A stretch of 64,000 nt of DNA from the NCBI RefSeq assembly GCF_036588685.1, contig NC_086375.1, forward strand, positions 57,288,001-57,352,000. The letters run 5' to 3'. Positions within the stretch are counted from its first letter, which is position 1, and each line of letters starts with the position of its first letter. The position numbers and the translations under genes were made by a program. Source of the stretch: Mytilus trossulus. Taxonomy: Eukaryota. Under the pieces are notes generated by a model that was not told the DNA's origin, made no database searches, and saw nothing but the letters and a program-made list of their open reading frames with translations. Positions 44,386-59,300 of the stretch are shown here, in pieces.

Positions 44386-47300
44386 TCAATGTGGCATTAT
44401 TTTCTGTATGTGGCTTAACATGTCAGTCAATGAAATCTTAGTATTGTCTGGTTCAAATGTTTGATTTGGATGAATCTTGACTCCCATTTCAAAGTCCCAT
44501 CTATAACTGTTCAGCTTACATTCTCTGCAAGAAATGAATAAATTTTGTAAAGTATACTGTAAAACCTGAAAACCACCATTTTTCAAATCAGAAATTATAA
44601 GAGTACCAGTATTTGTTAATAATTTAATTGTGGTTAATCATCAGCTGTTTAACACTTACTGAAACCATCAAAATATCATTGTTGCCTATATACTACCTCA
44701 TCCATCGAAGTATGACTCTTTTCTGTCAAGCAGTAGAAAGGATGGATAGATTGGTTGTTCATGTTCAGTGGCAAACATTACATACATCTTCTTATCTATA
44801 TTGGACAAAAACCAATTATCTAGAGTAAGTATGAACTCTGATTTGTATTTGACCAACAAGCTTAGCTATTTTTTTTATCATACTAGTTCACAGAGTTACA
44901 GTTTGCAGGAAGAGATGTCACCCTGCAATGACATTTTAGTCTTGATATGTGGCAATCAGTCTTTGCTCTTACTCCTAGAGGTCTAGTGCTAAGAGGAGAA
45001 AAGCATCAAAAACAAAATTTACTTGCCATACATCACTGCCACTTGAGGCAACATACTACCATAAGCCTACTTAATACTAGTTTTCTGTCTATGTTGATTT
45101 TAAGTGAGAGATGACTGAATTATTTCATGTCTTATTTCTTAATTACAGATAAAGTTTAACTTTAATACTAACCTAGCGGATGCTACACTATCTGGAGGTG
45201 CTTCAAATGTAGATGACCTGGATGATGTGTTGTAAAAATATTTCCTATTTGCTGATTTACTCAAGGCAATTGTCCAGGGTTCTAAAATAAAAATCCCAAA
45301 TATTTTAAGTATTCTCTTGAATTACAACAAATATTTCATTAGGATCAGAATTATGCATGATTATACATAAACTAATTAGTTAGTATGGACTCTGCTCTGT
45401 ACTTGACTAACAAACAGGGCTTATGGACATTATTTTCATTAATGGTTCTTAGATGATTGTTGATAAGTTTAGTGTGATGTTGGCAAGCAGTTTCTTTATT
45501 TAAGTTTACAATGACAACAGACAATGTCCTTAAACCAATAGATTAGATTAACTCACATGCACAAAAAGTGGTTTATCAGAAAATAAATATTTAAAAAAAA
45601 ACAAACAAAAAAAGACTTGTCAATGATGGTATTTAACTAATGTAAAATGTTTTTTCTTTACGGAATACCTACCTTTTACAGTCTTTATAATACAAACGCC
45701 AGTAGGAAGAAAACATCTTTCATCAGGCCTATCTGGGGGAAAATAACACAAACGAGGTTGGCCTGAACCTTTCACTCTTTTAAATTCTAATCTAAAATAT
45801 TCAAATTATGTTTTGGTAAAGTTTTATGAATACATAACCTGGTCCTTTAAGGGGTATAAAAAAGTAACTATAATTTGCAAAGACTATGAACCATTTTGAA
45901 ATTGCCTGCTACTAATGAAAATACTGGTACCCATCAAATGCCAATTTCATATTATAAAAGAACAAAATAACTGTAAAAGTTTCAAAATATAAATCTTACC
46001 TTTCAAATATCTGTCCTATCTGCTCTAACCTGTAGACATTAGGAGCAATAATAGGTGTCAAATTAGGTCTGGTTTTCTTAGTCACAGACTTTACAAACTT
46101 TTTCAATTTCTCCATCCTGTCAAAATGACATATTTCACATAAAAAATAATGCATTGTCTTAATGCAACTATTTGTAAAATACACATTCTTTTCATAAAAT
46201 TTCATAAGAAAAAATAGATAGACAGATAACTTTTGAAAAATCTATTTGTAATTAAATGCTCAAAGTGCAGAACCCGAAGTAAAAGGGCAAAAACTATAAC
46301 TCAAGCAAGTGTCATAAATATATTGTCTTGTTAAAGTATTTGACTTATTTTTGATGAATCATTCAAAGAAGATGAACACTGCCAGACCAACATGTACAAC
46401 TTACTATCATTTTAGACAATAAATATAGATTAGCTATTGCTTAGGGTAACTGAAAATGGATACTTAAAGTATCCATTTTCAGTTACCTTAAGCAATAATA
46501 TCACAAACTATTTTGCATTTATCACTGATCCATGAAATGAGGTCAAGGTCAGGAGAACATTACACCAGTATTTAGTAGTTTTTATGAGGTCAATTGGCGT
46601 AAACAATGCAATTAAACAATCATTTCTTATTGCAATGTAGTAAAATAAGCTTTGTTATATAGGAAATCAATAGGAATGTGCATGAAAAAGAAAGTCGTTT
46701 ACATAGACATATTTACCTTGCATGGTTGTTTATGTCAAAATAAATGGAGACAATCATTCTAAACAAGACAATACATTTATTTTAAGCAAGATACAGAACC
46801 ATGAAAATTAGGTCAAGGACAATTAGCAATGCTTAACTAGCATCTCTATGTCTTACATAATGAGACTTTAGTTGTAGATGAGACAATAACTTACCTGTCA
46901 GTAAAATGAAGTTTTCTAACATCATTACCATATAAAAATAAAGCATCTAAAACATGGACTGTCATCAACCTTTTCTGTCCCATGCCCTAATAATATAAAA
47001 ATTTGATTTTGTATACCATACTTTATATTCTGCACAATCAACAAGAAGCAACATGAAGCAGTTGTGAGTTTTTTAATATTCTACATTAAACAAAATCAGA
47101 TGGAAAATAAATTGAAACATCAATTTTCATTACAATAGCCAATGATGTAGTATTCAGAGATCATCAGACGGTATTTCATACTTCCAAAATCATATATAGT
47201 ATCATATTTATGCCAAATGTCATGTAAAAATGTTTTCTTTTGACTAATAATAATTCACAATGCAGTTAATTAAAGGTTATTCTTCATGGATTTTTCCATA

Positions 47301-50300
47301 TTTCATATGACTGCTTACATAAAAATGTACCTGTCCTTTGGTTTTTAAGTGTATGATTTCAGTCAAACAAGACAACAACTTTAATCAAACTTTTTTATCA
47401 GTACTCTGAAGGCAGCTTTATACCACTGAAACTTATTATATATTATATTAAATGTATTAAATACAGGATGCTTCTTTCTTTGCAATAGTAATGCATTTAA
47501 AAAATTTCATAGGTTAAAGACAACCAAAAGTGAAATACTGAAAGCATGAGTAATTTTTTTTTTTATTTGGTTGATGACTTAAATTATTTAAGCAATCCAA
47601 ACATTAAAAAAATTGTTCAATGTTTTAATTATACCTCTCCTTTAAGCTCCTGAACAAACTCTACTTCAATTAAAGTTTTAGCTGGTAATTCCACATGTAT
47701 ATTGTCCTCATCTAGTTTTTTCCATTTACCTCGACCATCCCACTTATACACATGTGACCTCTGAAATAAAAAGTAAAATAATCAATAAAAAAAAATCCAC
47801 AATATTAAACATTTATCAAATCACAAGTGGAAAATAATTATATCAAGGTTTAACTCCTCCCTCTCCTTAATTATCAGATGTATAAGGACTTTATTTTTTA
47901 AGAAGTGATTACACAACTTCAAACTCTGCACAATTTGTTTTTAACAGTACAATTGCATTTTCAAAACAAAATAAGGACAGCACTGGCAGATCCAGAAATT
48001 TTATAAGTGGGGGCCCACTGACTGCCTAAGAGTCACGCTTCAGTGATTCTCTTTATAAGCAACCAATTGTTTTCCCAAAAAGGGGGCCTGGGCCCCCCTC
48101 CCCCGTAAATCTGCCTCTGGACAGGTCTTCAACTAATTTCTCCCAAACAAGCAGTCAACAGATAACAATGGATAAACCCACAAATTATCTAACATCTTCT
48201 TTGTTGTTCACACAATTTCTCAGAAAGAAACAAACTGCTACAATAAAGCATCAGAACCTTTAGCTCTCATTGGTGTTATTTCTTAGCATTGAAAATCACC
48301 TACTACAATTATATGAAGTTTTTTCTAAATCTATTGTATCAAGATCAAAACTGCTAAAGGAAACTTGAAATACCAGATAAGAACTGTTTTCAGTGCTGGT
48401 TTTCATAAACACTTTTTCTACCGGATTTAACTGGATTGAGCATCTCTATGACATTATAGAAATTGCACATGGCCATCATCCACCTGAATTGATTTCAAGG
48501 CATCATTGAGGATGTAAGGGTAATATGTTGAAATTAGTTTGAAGAGTATTCTTAGAGTATCCTGTAATAGCATTGAGATATCTGAAAAGCCAAAATAAGA
48601 AATAAAGTTTGAACAAAAAAAAGAAACTTAACAAAAGAGGAAATCAATTCAATGAAATGCTTCTTTAACCACAGAAGTAGCATGAAGGATAAAGGTAATA
48701 TATAATTGTATTCGTAATCATAAACTTACTCCACAGCCTAGCATATACAATCTCTTTCTCTCAACATTCCCTATCACATAACAGCGATAATCAAATGGAC
48801 TTTTTATGTTATGTAGATCTGTTGGTGAAAGTTTGTCTATATCATTTGTAATGTAGTCTGTATTTTCTGTCTGAAGTATAAGTAAAATCATTACTAAAGT
48901 TAATCTCAAAAGTACATATGATCTAAAAATCCCTACTGCAGGAGATTTCAAAAACAGCATTTCATATTTTCTTGTTTCTCAAATGTTGTCTATTCTAGAT
49001 CATTTATCATTTGTATATTGATGCACACATTTTTTCCTTATCTAAGAGGGGGTAAAGGTTTTTTCATAGAAAGTGTTCGTTCATTTTTCTTCGTCCATTT
49101 TCATGCTGATTGTTATTCAAAGTTTTACATATAAATATAAGATAAATGCACCTTATAAGCTCAGAATTTTGTTTCTATTCATAATAATTATTACATATCT
49201 ATTTGTGCATAAGTAATGATTATATCCATCCTGAACTTAAGTAAAGGGAGACAACAATTGAATATTTTCAGTAAATGCTGGAAAAAGGACTGTTCAAGCA
49301 AATGAACTAACCTCAACTAAATCTAAAAATGCATTTCCTGGTGGCTGTTTAGATGGAGCTGTTCTCACTTCATCTGGTACCTACGAATCAAAATACTCAT
49401 AAAATGTCATGAATTAGGGGGGTCTTACATAAAGTACAATTGAAAGTATGGTTTTAAAATAAAAATGTGTTTTCAATTGTGAAAAAAATTACAATATCAC
49501 TCATCAACCATGACAAAAACTGATTATTTACACAAAATTGGCTCTCTGCTTTTATTATGTCCACAAAATACATGACCTATCAAGACACAACTTTACATGA
49601 TTAGCGATGGGGAAAAGATTGGGGAATAAAAGGAATAAAATATTTTTTCATTAGATATAACTTCAATTGGAAACAAGTAATTCCTTAATGTAAAACAATT
49701 GCTATATCTCAATGTGAAATAAATATTAAATCTCTCAAAAATTTTGGAAATAAACTGATAAATTCTTACCTGCCACTTTACAAGACATTCAGTTCTAGTT
49801 TCTGATTGTCTAGCTTCATATAATTCCCTAAATATAAATAAATCAATATCAAATAATTTATGTAGTAAACAATATTTTACATTGAAAACATCTTAAATTT
49901 GGGGCCCATTATAGATTTGAATCAAATTAACTAGAAGTTCAACTCAGCAGGATTCTCACTAAGGAAAGTCCATGAGTCCTAGACTCATCAAAATCTGTCT
50001 GGACTCACCATTTTCAAAACTTGTAAGTCCACAGATGCATCAAGATTGAAATATTTTGTATAAACTCAACACAGTTAAACACAAATATCATCATTTTATA
50101 GCAAAAGTTAAAAAGTAATCTGAATTTAATGCCATTTCATTGCTTTGTTAGGCCATGGAGACTTAAATATTACATAACATTGCAATAAAATATCTTCTCC
50201 TTGCTGTTGGCCTCACCATTGCCAAAAATGATGAGTCCCTGGACTCACCTACAAAAACCCTTAGTGAGAACCCTGAGTTGGAGACTCTGACCACAACTCA

Positions 50301-53300
50301 AGAAACATGAAATCTATTTACATACATATTTCTGGTTAGTGGTTATTAAACTAAACAAACAATAAATGGGGAAATAAATATATTAAGTAGATTCTTGTGC
50401 TTGTATTATATATAATATAACAGAATGAAAATTACTTACGTATTTTGAGTAAATGCTTGTATTTTCTTTAATCCAGCAATCTGCATCTTTCCTAACCTGA
50501 CAAAAGAAAATCATTTGTCTTTTTGCAAGCAAGGACTAGGTGATTTAAATGTAAATCTAAGTAGAATAAAAATGGAATGGGGTGTTTATCAATGGAACAG
50601 TAAGCCAACAACATTAAAAAAAAAAAGAAAAAAGGGTCAACATTCCCTTTTCAACAAATAACCAGTGTCTATACAAATAAGCTAAAACTCAAATTGCCCA
50701 AGTCCTAAAAGGGTTCATCATAAAATTAAACAAGACTATCAATATCTTTTGTCAATTCTAAATTTTCCAGTAAAAAAAATATTAAGATGACACAAAGTCA
50801 ACCACTGATAATGTTCCTGGCTTTTCTAAAACATAAATATGTGGTAGGTAAAACTAGTCTATCACATGTTAATTTTTCAAAATTTCTTGATTCTTTTCAT
50901 AGAATTTTCTCTGAGTTTCTCCTGTGAGTTTTCATATCTTATCATTGTAACGATACATATACTATACAAGCTTTCATACCTTTTACAGAAGAATAATAAA
51001 CATAAGTTGACTACAAATAAGACTTACGTATTGTTAGAATTAAACATGTATGTAAAGAAATGTTCACTTTCTTCTAATATATCATACGGCACTATCTCAT
51101 TGATATCCTGCGAAGATGTTGACACTAAAAGTTTATTCAATTCAAGATTTATCTCATGGAAATATTGTCGTACAGTGTCCATATCACTTGATAAATTTTT
51201 ACACACTATATATCTGAAAGAGAGAAACAAAAATCTATTAGTATTTATAAATCCTACATAAAAGAGGGACGAAAGATACCAAAGGGACAGTCAAACTCAT
51301 AAATCTAAAAAAAACTGACAATGCCATGGCTAAAAGTGAAAAAGACAAAAAGACAAACAATAGTACACATGACAAAACATAGAAAACTAAAGAATAAACA
51401 ACACAAACCCCATCAAAAACTAGGGGTGATCGCAGGTGCTCCGGAAGGGTAAGCATAAAGTTATCATAAAAATCTAAAATATATAATAAAGTAATGCTGC
51501 AAATTTTGGTGACTATGTTGACCGAATTATCCTGCTGATCTTCAAATAAAGGATATCACAAATATAGTTCCATATCTTGACTAACATGTAGTAATCAACA
51601 GGAAGGATTGGTTGAGAACTTATCTTTATGGCATTTCCAACCAAGCTGCACATGTTTAAAGAGTTTCAGTTGATACAATATTTGAGGGCTGGGTATTTGT
51701 TTTATTATTTCCTTGATACTGTTGACAAGGAACTTTACAGAAACATTTAAGTATTGATTGAGTTATGAAATATACTTAGTGATTACAGTAATTATATGCT
51801 GAGTGAACTCTTCTTTAAGATAATGATAAATAAAGTGTGATTATTTACCTTTCAGAATTTGCTGGTCTACTGGTTACAGGTTTTATAATGGAGATTTTGT
51901 TAAATATTCTGTACATTAAGTAACAAAGACCTATGCTAAATGGTGTGAATAAATCAAACAGCTTGCATACAAAATGACCACCTGAAAAAAAAGTTGTGTA
52001 TCAATAAACAATGTAACAGTCTCCCTACTTCCTCACAAAGGTGAAGAATCATCCTATTTCAGTTCAATATAAAGGGGAATTAAGTTCTATATACCTGTAT
52101 TGTCATTGTGTTTTGTAAACATTACCCTTCACAATGATCTATCTTACATCTTTTTTCAGACCTTTTTTAATGTGCAAAATTGTTGTTTGCGTCTGAATAC
52201 TCAAAGTTGAAGTTCTGCCACAAAAAAGTGCTAGTTCTGAAAATTTACTAGGTTATGTTGTATTTCTGAAATAAGCAAGGTGTCTGCTATATTTACATTT
52301 ACTCATTCAACATTTTTGTAAATTTTTCCCTATTACAAATCTACTTTTATCTCTCAATTTACAAAACAATGCAATGATTATCATTAATACTGTGGATTCA
52401 TTTATTTTCGTGGGTACCAATTTTTGTGTATTAAGAAAAACTTGCATTTTCGTGGATATTTAATTTCGTGGTTTTGCTGAAGTCTGCATACAAACCTATA
52501 GAAAAATTATCATTCGTTGAATATTTAATTTGGTGGTTTGACTGTGCCCACGAAATCCACGAAAATTGGTATCCAACGAATAATAATGAATCCACAGTAA
52601 TTGATAATTATGTTTGTCTGGCCTACATTATACCTACCTGTCCTTAAAATAGAAATGGCCACCAGAAACTGGCAAAGATACAACTGCTTAGATAAAATTT
52701 CTTGAATATTCTCTTGCCCCTCCACTGAAAATCCCTGTAATTAACAAATAATGTAAATTTAAATTTTGCCAGTGATGCAACTGCATTAAAATTTACCGGT
52801 AATTGTATGATTTCACATCCGGTCAAATAGTATCAATATTTGAATAAAAATAATGATTTCTCAGTAGCAACACATTATAAAATTTTTAATAATGACCAAA
52901 GAGAAATAATAACCTGGCAAATTTACAGCAAACTATTTTTGTTCTGTATTGATAAGATAACCATTATTTAACTTATTCTTACCCCATCTGCCATTACAAA
53001 ATGTACACCTTTTCCATCAGTATTTTCTTTCACAAATTGTATGAAAGCTGCTTGATTATCTGGGTTAAATATGTCACCATCTCCTTCTGCACCTCCAACT
53101 CCTGTAAGACAAACCAATTTTAGTATAACTTTTATCAAAATATTTCAGAATGTAAAAACATTAAATAAAAAAACCCAAAAAGGCTTACTTGTTGGGAAGT
53201 TCAGCTTCCACCTTTTTGCATGAGACACAAAAACTAAAAAAAAATATACTGATGGAAAAATGATGTATATACATTTCAAGGAAACATTGACTTTTATAAA

Positions 53301-56300
53301 TTTCGACACAAGGAAATAATTCACAAAATATTCTATATTAGTTTCAAGTTAAGTTAAAGTATAAACATTGGAATTTTCTTTTATATTTTGGCAGCCATTT
53401 CAAAATGTTGGCCGTATGGATATTTTTGACACAGGAAATCAATTTGGAAAAGCATTTTTAATCATTATATCTTTGATATCCCATTACAAATTATGTTTCA
53501 CTAAATTTGTAATTCTTTGATAAAAACTAAATTTTGAAGCAAATTTTTCACTTTTCAATAGGGAGTAGTAAACAAAAAGAAAATAGGTTTTATATTTCAC
53601 TCAGCATAGGAGCAAAATTCACTTTATTGTTTTCATTTTACACTTACTTATAGATGCTATAATCAGATAAAATGAAATACACATGTTCATCATGTTAACA
53701 TGACTTACCTCTTTCAGAGATAGAATCATATTCAAAACAGTGTGGTCCTGGCCATTGATTGACAACCTAAATTATCCCATTGACTGGGACAGATTAGGTG
53801 AACATTTGTCTGTAACGACCATTGCTCACTTCTTACTTATTGTAAAATTTGAACTGTGGGGTCACCAAAGGTTCTTAACCCCTTTAATAATAAAATAATT
53901 CGAAAAATTATTCAGGAATAACCTTTATGTTTTGATTTATATTATTGATATAAATCAACACATCGTATTATTCCGGATTCGTTTTTCGAATTGCTTTATT
54001 TAGGTGTTGAGAACCTTTGGTGACCCCACAGATTCAATGTTTTTAACAAGTACATAGTGAGCAGTGATTGTTACTGACAAACGTTCACCTAATCTGTCCC
54101 AGTCAATGGGATAATTTAGGTCGTCAATCAATGGCCATGACCACACTGTTTTGAATATGATTCTATTATGTCGAAAACATTAAGTCCTTACCATAATATG
54201 GTTCAAACATTTCTGCAGGACCTGCAAAGAAATCCTCCAATTTAAAGTCACATGGTCCTCTCAATGTCATTCCAAATCCTTTTGCTTCAGCTTTACTCCT
54301 CCACAGCACATATTCACTGAATCCACCAGGACCAGCACAAATATCAGAAAAATATAACAGTTCAGAAGGATTCATCAATGGTTTCTAAAACAATTAAACA
54401 GCACATGTTTTAATTTTGTGATGATGTATCATAAATCTGTATAAAATTTGAAATTTATGTTGTTACATGTAATGTGCATAAAGACAGTAATGAGTATTTA
54501 AAGTAAACAAGTACTTTCTTATAAGAGACTGTATCAGCAAGAAAATCTTCATTGCAATGATTTTAAAAAAACAATTCACTTCTTCAAGTTACCAGATTTT
54601 ATCAGTTCAATACATTGTCTGTCATAATCAGTATATATTTCCTATTTCTTCCCCTATTTTAAAAGTAAATATTTTATGAGGAAAATGAATCAAGACAATA
54701 ACATTATAGTAAAACTGACTTACTCCATCAACATCTAATGGTTTTGTAAACATGAAGTCTAATATGGCATCCATGTTGGCCATCTTCATAGCTGCTCTGG
54801 ATAAAAAAGTAGTCCATAGTTAACAATGAGAAACAGAGATCAAATATTATTCAGCATATATATGTGCTCCTATATACATATAAACTTCACCATATAAACA
54901 CTATTAATTTTTGTTATTGCTCCTTTTCTTCTTTTTTCTATTCTAACCAAGAATTTCAAGAGAAATCTTGCTCAGTAATCATTATTATCTGACGGGAATA
55001 TAGTAATGAAGATTTTTGTCACTCTACTATATGCACTAGGCAATCTAAAATAATCTGACTGTTTTCTACAATGGTACCACATTTATGCAACAATTATGAT
55101 TATTAGCTATTATAAAAGTAGCTATACTTATTACAAGGAATTTCATACTACACAAAAGTGACTAGACAAAAAAAATCCCCTGCATTTAACCATCAGGCTT
55201 TGAGTTACAAACAGTGATAGTCTGGTACACGTGTATATAAGAAATACTAGCTCAGCTGTTGGTCATAAGGTCATATTTAAAGTATCTCTTTTTGAATGGT
55301 TAAAGATTTATTCCACAAAAACTAGATGTTGCCCTCATGGTGTACAAACCTAAATCAATAATGATTTCCTTTAAAACAAGAATGTGTCCTCAGTACACAA
55401 ATGCCCCACTCACATAATCATTTTCTATGTTCAGTGGACCGTGAAATTGGGATAAAATCTCTAATTTTGCATTAAAATTAGAAAGATCATATCATAGGCA
55501 ACATGTGTACTAAGTTTGAAGTCGATTGGACTTCAACTTCATCAAAAACTACCTTGACCAAAAACTTTAACCTGAGGTGGGACAGACAGACAAACGGACA
55601 GACGAACGGACGGACAAACAGACCAGAAAACATAATGCCCATCTACTATCATAGGTGGGGCATAAAAAAAACCTGGCTAAGAAAATTAAAGATATACCTG
55701 TTCAGGAAAAATGCACCTCTTATTGTTTCATATGGATTTGATCTGGTTCTAGCTCTTCTCATTTCTTCTGGTTCCAAGTTATCAAATATACTCTAAAATA
55801 TAGGTAATCATTTAATTTGTATAGCTAATCTATCAAATCTGATTTGCATTAGGTATGCTTAAACTGTTTATTAAATCTTACTCTCAAAATTATGATTTGA
55901 GCAAAAACATATTTTACCTCACAATAGTTTCCAACTTTCTTGAAATATAATGTGTATAGCTAGTACATAACTTGCAATTACAAAACATAAGCTCTCAAAA
56001 TGTTTTATTCTATTAAGTAAATAACACAATATTTTAAAAACTAAAAATATCAATTTTACTTAATGCGTTATAGTACTGAAGAATAGTTTTCTTGTTTGGG
56101 TAGCCCTCATTACTGACAGACAGTCAGATAGAATATTGGACAGATGCACAGGAAAGAAAATACATTGCCCTCACCTATAAAAGGTGGCTATAAAAATTCT
56201 TCAAAGTTCAAAAAAATTGTCACCTTACTACTAAGAACCATCTGTAAAATCTTCTCATCACAAAATTGGGTCTCATCACCTATTGTTCTCTTTTTCTGAA

Positions 56301-59300
56301 ATATAAATTATCAAGTTATCATGAAGATTTATCGTTTTCTGATTGGAAAATATTTAAAACATTTATTTCTTGTAAATTCTTTTGTCCAAACCTTTTTCTT
56401 TTGGTCTAATATGACATTTTAAATAGTATATATAAAAAGGGACCTAATAGAATTGAAAGGCTATTAAATTGCATGTTCTTCAAATATCATGTACTGCACA
56501 CAATATGTTTATGGATAAGATAATGCGACTATATAGGTAACCCTTTTGGTAGAATTGGCTTCTTTATTACAGGCAAAAAAATGATTTGTTACAGTTAATA
56601 TCATAAACAACCTTATATATGAGATGATTAGTTTTAATTAGTTCATATATTTACTTTTATGACTGCGTTTTATTGGATGTGACATTTTTACATTGTTCTG
56701 TCTTGATACTAAAATCATTTTTCTTCTATTTCATTTTGTAAAGAAGTAAATTGAGATTGATTCTTGCCCTTTAAATTGACATTGACAATCTTATTTCGGC
56801 TAAACTGGGCTTAAAAAATTTGACCTAAAACATTACATGTATTGCCATACAAAGCTCGCTTTAGTTGAATTCAAGAGAAATTTTTATACATTGCAACAGG
56901 GGTTAAGAAATTTTGTATTATCTCACTAGCCCACGGCTAATTGGTAGCATGATTTTACTAGCCCTGTTAGAAGAACTACTAGCCCAGCAAAACTGACCCG
57001 CTAGCCCTAGTATGCCTCACAAATTCAGAGTTTGCTGCAAAAACAATGAATTTTACAGTAGATTTGTGCAAATTCAATACTCAAAACTATCCAATTACTG
57101 GCATTAGGAGATATATATATATAAGTAATTGATAATTGAATATTCACTGAATATTCTTTAATAATGAGTTGCTTAAATCCCGACATGATATAAGTCTTGA
57201 AGTACTGGAGGGTTTTTACCAGATACATTATCACGTTTGTTTAAAAGAATTATCAGCTGATTAATTACGTAATGCTCATATTGATTATCAGTTTATAAAA
57301 TTATAACCACTAATATTTATGTGAATAAATATCACCATCTATAGCTTTTATCTTCTATAATTGTTTTATAAGCAAAGTTCAGTAATGTCCATATTTACAT
57401 TTATTACATGTAAGCTAATTGTGGCCTTTAATAGATTACAACCTAAGCACGGCCTTTTAACTGAACTGAAATTGTATTTGTAAAAAAAATTAATATTTCT
57501 TTAAACATCGATTGATTGATTGTTGGTTGCTTAACGTCCAGTGGCAAATATTTTATGCATAATCAGGACGAGAACATGTTCACAATCAATGCAATAGGTA
57601 GGTTGATACAATAGAGGCTATCTTGGAATATGCTCGGGAACACTTGGACTTGCCTTTTGTTATCTATTAAACATGTGTTTTTTTTTTGTCTAATATGTTC
57701 TCCTTTTTATTTGTATTGTTGTCATTTCAATGTTATATTTAACATTGCCATTAAAGTGTAAGGCTTGGCATGCCTCAAAACCAGGTTTAACACACCATTT
57801 TTTCCTTTAAAATGTCTTGTACCAAGTCAGGAAGATGGCCATTGTTATAATATTGTTCGTTTTAGTGTGCGTTACATTTTAACGTTGCTTCGTTTGTTTT
57901 CTTTTATTTTTAGTGTAAATTCACATTGCGACAATACGTGTCACGGTACTTGTCTATCTCAAATTCATGTTTTTGGTTTGGATGTTATATTTGTTTTTCT
58001 CGTGGGATTTTGTCTGATGCTTAGTCCGTTTCTGTGTGTGTTACATTTTTAGTGTTGTGTACTTGTTCTCCTTTTATATTTAATGCGTTTCCCTCGGTTT
58101 TAGCTTTTTACCCCGATTTTGTTTTTTGTCCATGGATTTTTGAGTTTTGTACAGCGGTATACTACTGTTGTCTTTATTAAAGTTTTCCGAGACTGTTCAT
58201 GATTAGATCATGGTTCTGGAGGCTTTTTTACAGTATATAAACAATAACAAAATGACGTCCATAACATGTTTCAAAAGTTATATCTGACAAAAGTCAGGTT
58301 TCTGCTGCCTAAAAGGATTCACATTTATATTGCAATAAATTATTCAGAAGGAGGTACAATCAGGTTTCATAAAAAGCCTGTACTGATACATCGATATTGA
58401 AAGTTCGGGATCCATTCAGAGTTATTTGTTCTATTTTAAAACTTGTACAAAATATGTTAACCTTCTGATAACGTGGTCGAATCTGATTGGGTTAGATTGA
58501 AAAGTGATGAGGGAAGTTGTCCCGTTCTATTTTAGAAACGCCAATAATTTTTTCTCACTGGTCCGTCGGGCATATTGGGTTACAAATTTGGTTGCCCGAG
58601 GCCTTAATGCTGTAGTCCCGGGCGTCAGGCTAGTGGATTTTTTAACTCCTGTGCAATAAAGCTCTTATTTACATAAAAAACAAGAATGTGTCCCAGTACA
58701 TGGATGCCCTATCCGCACTATCATTTTCTATGTTTAGTGGACCGTGACAATGGGGGAAAATCTCTAATTTGGCAATAAAATTAGAAAGATCATATCCTAG
58801 GGAACATGTGTACCAAGTTTCAAGTTGATTGGACTTCAACTTAATAAAAAACTACCTCGACCAAAAACTTGAACCTGAAGTGGGACAAACTGACAAAAGG
58901 ACGAAAGAACAAACAGACGGACAGACGCACAAACCAGAAAACATAATGCCCATAAATGGGGCAAAAAAACAGTTAACAATTATAAAATAAAAGTTGTAAC
59001 ATTTAACCTCAGAGGAATAAGCATTGTAATCACAATAATTGTTATGTAAATAAATTGGACAAATACCTACATTTCCTATCTTTTTCCAACTTCTTAAAGT
59101 TTCTATTGATGGTGTCTCCTCTGTACAAGATGGTATCCACTCTACTGTCTCTGCTTGTACTATCTGAAATGAATAAGAAATATAAAAGAATCTTTTTCAT
59201 CATTTTGTAGAATTTTAAATACTTTAAACAGAACATTTAATGGTAAAGGAATTCACACACACACACAAAAATAATGACCAGAACATTTTCATTTTGAGAA

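Noticed and set aside
48350-48581. Strong minus-strand acceptor near 48582 suggesting an extra or poison CMTR1 exon
   Set aside because: No clear donor; CMTR1 is complete and in phase without it; cannot be supported without RNA data.
50866-51261. 131-aa plus-strand ORF
   Set aside because: Antisense shadow of a CMTR1 exon.
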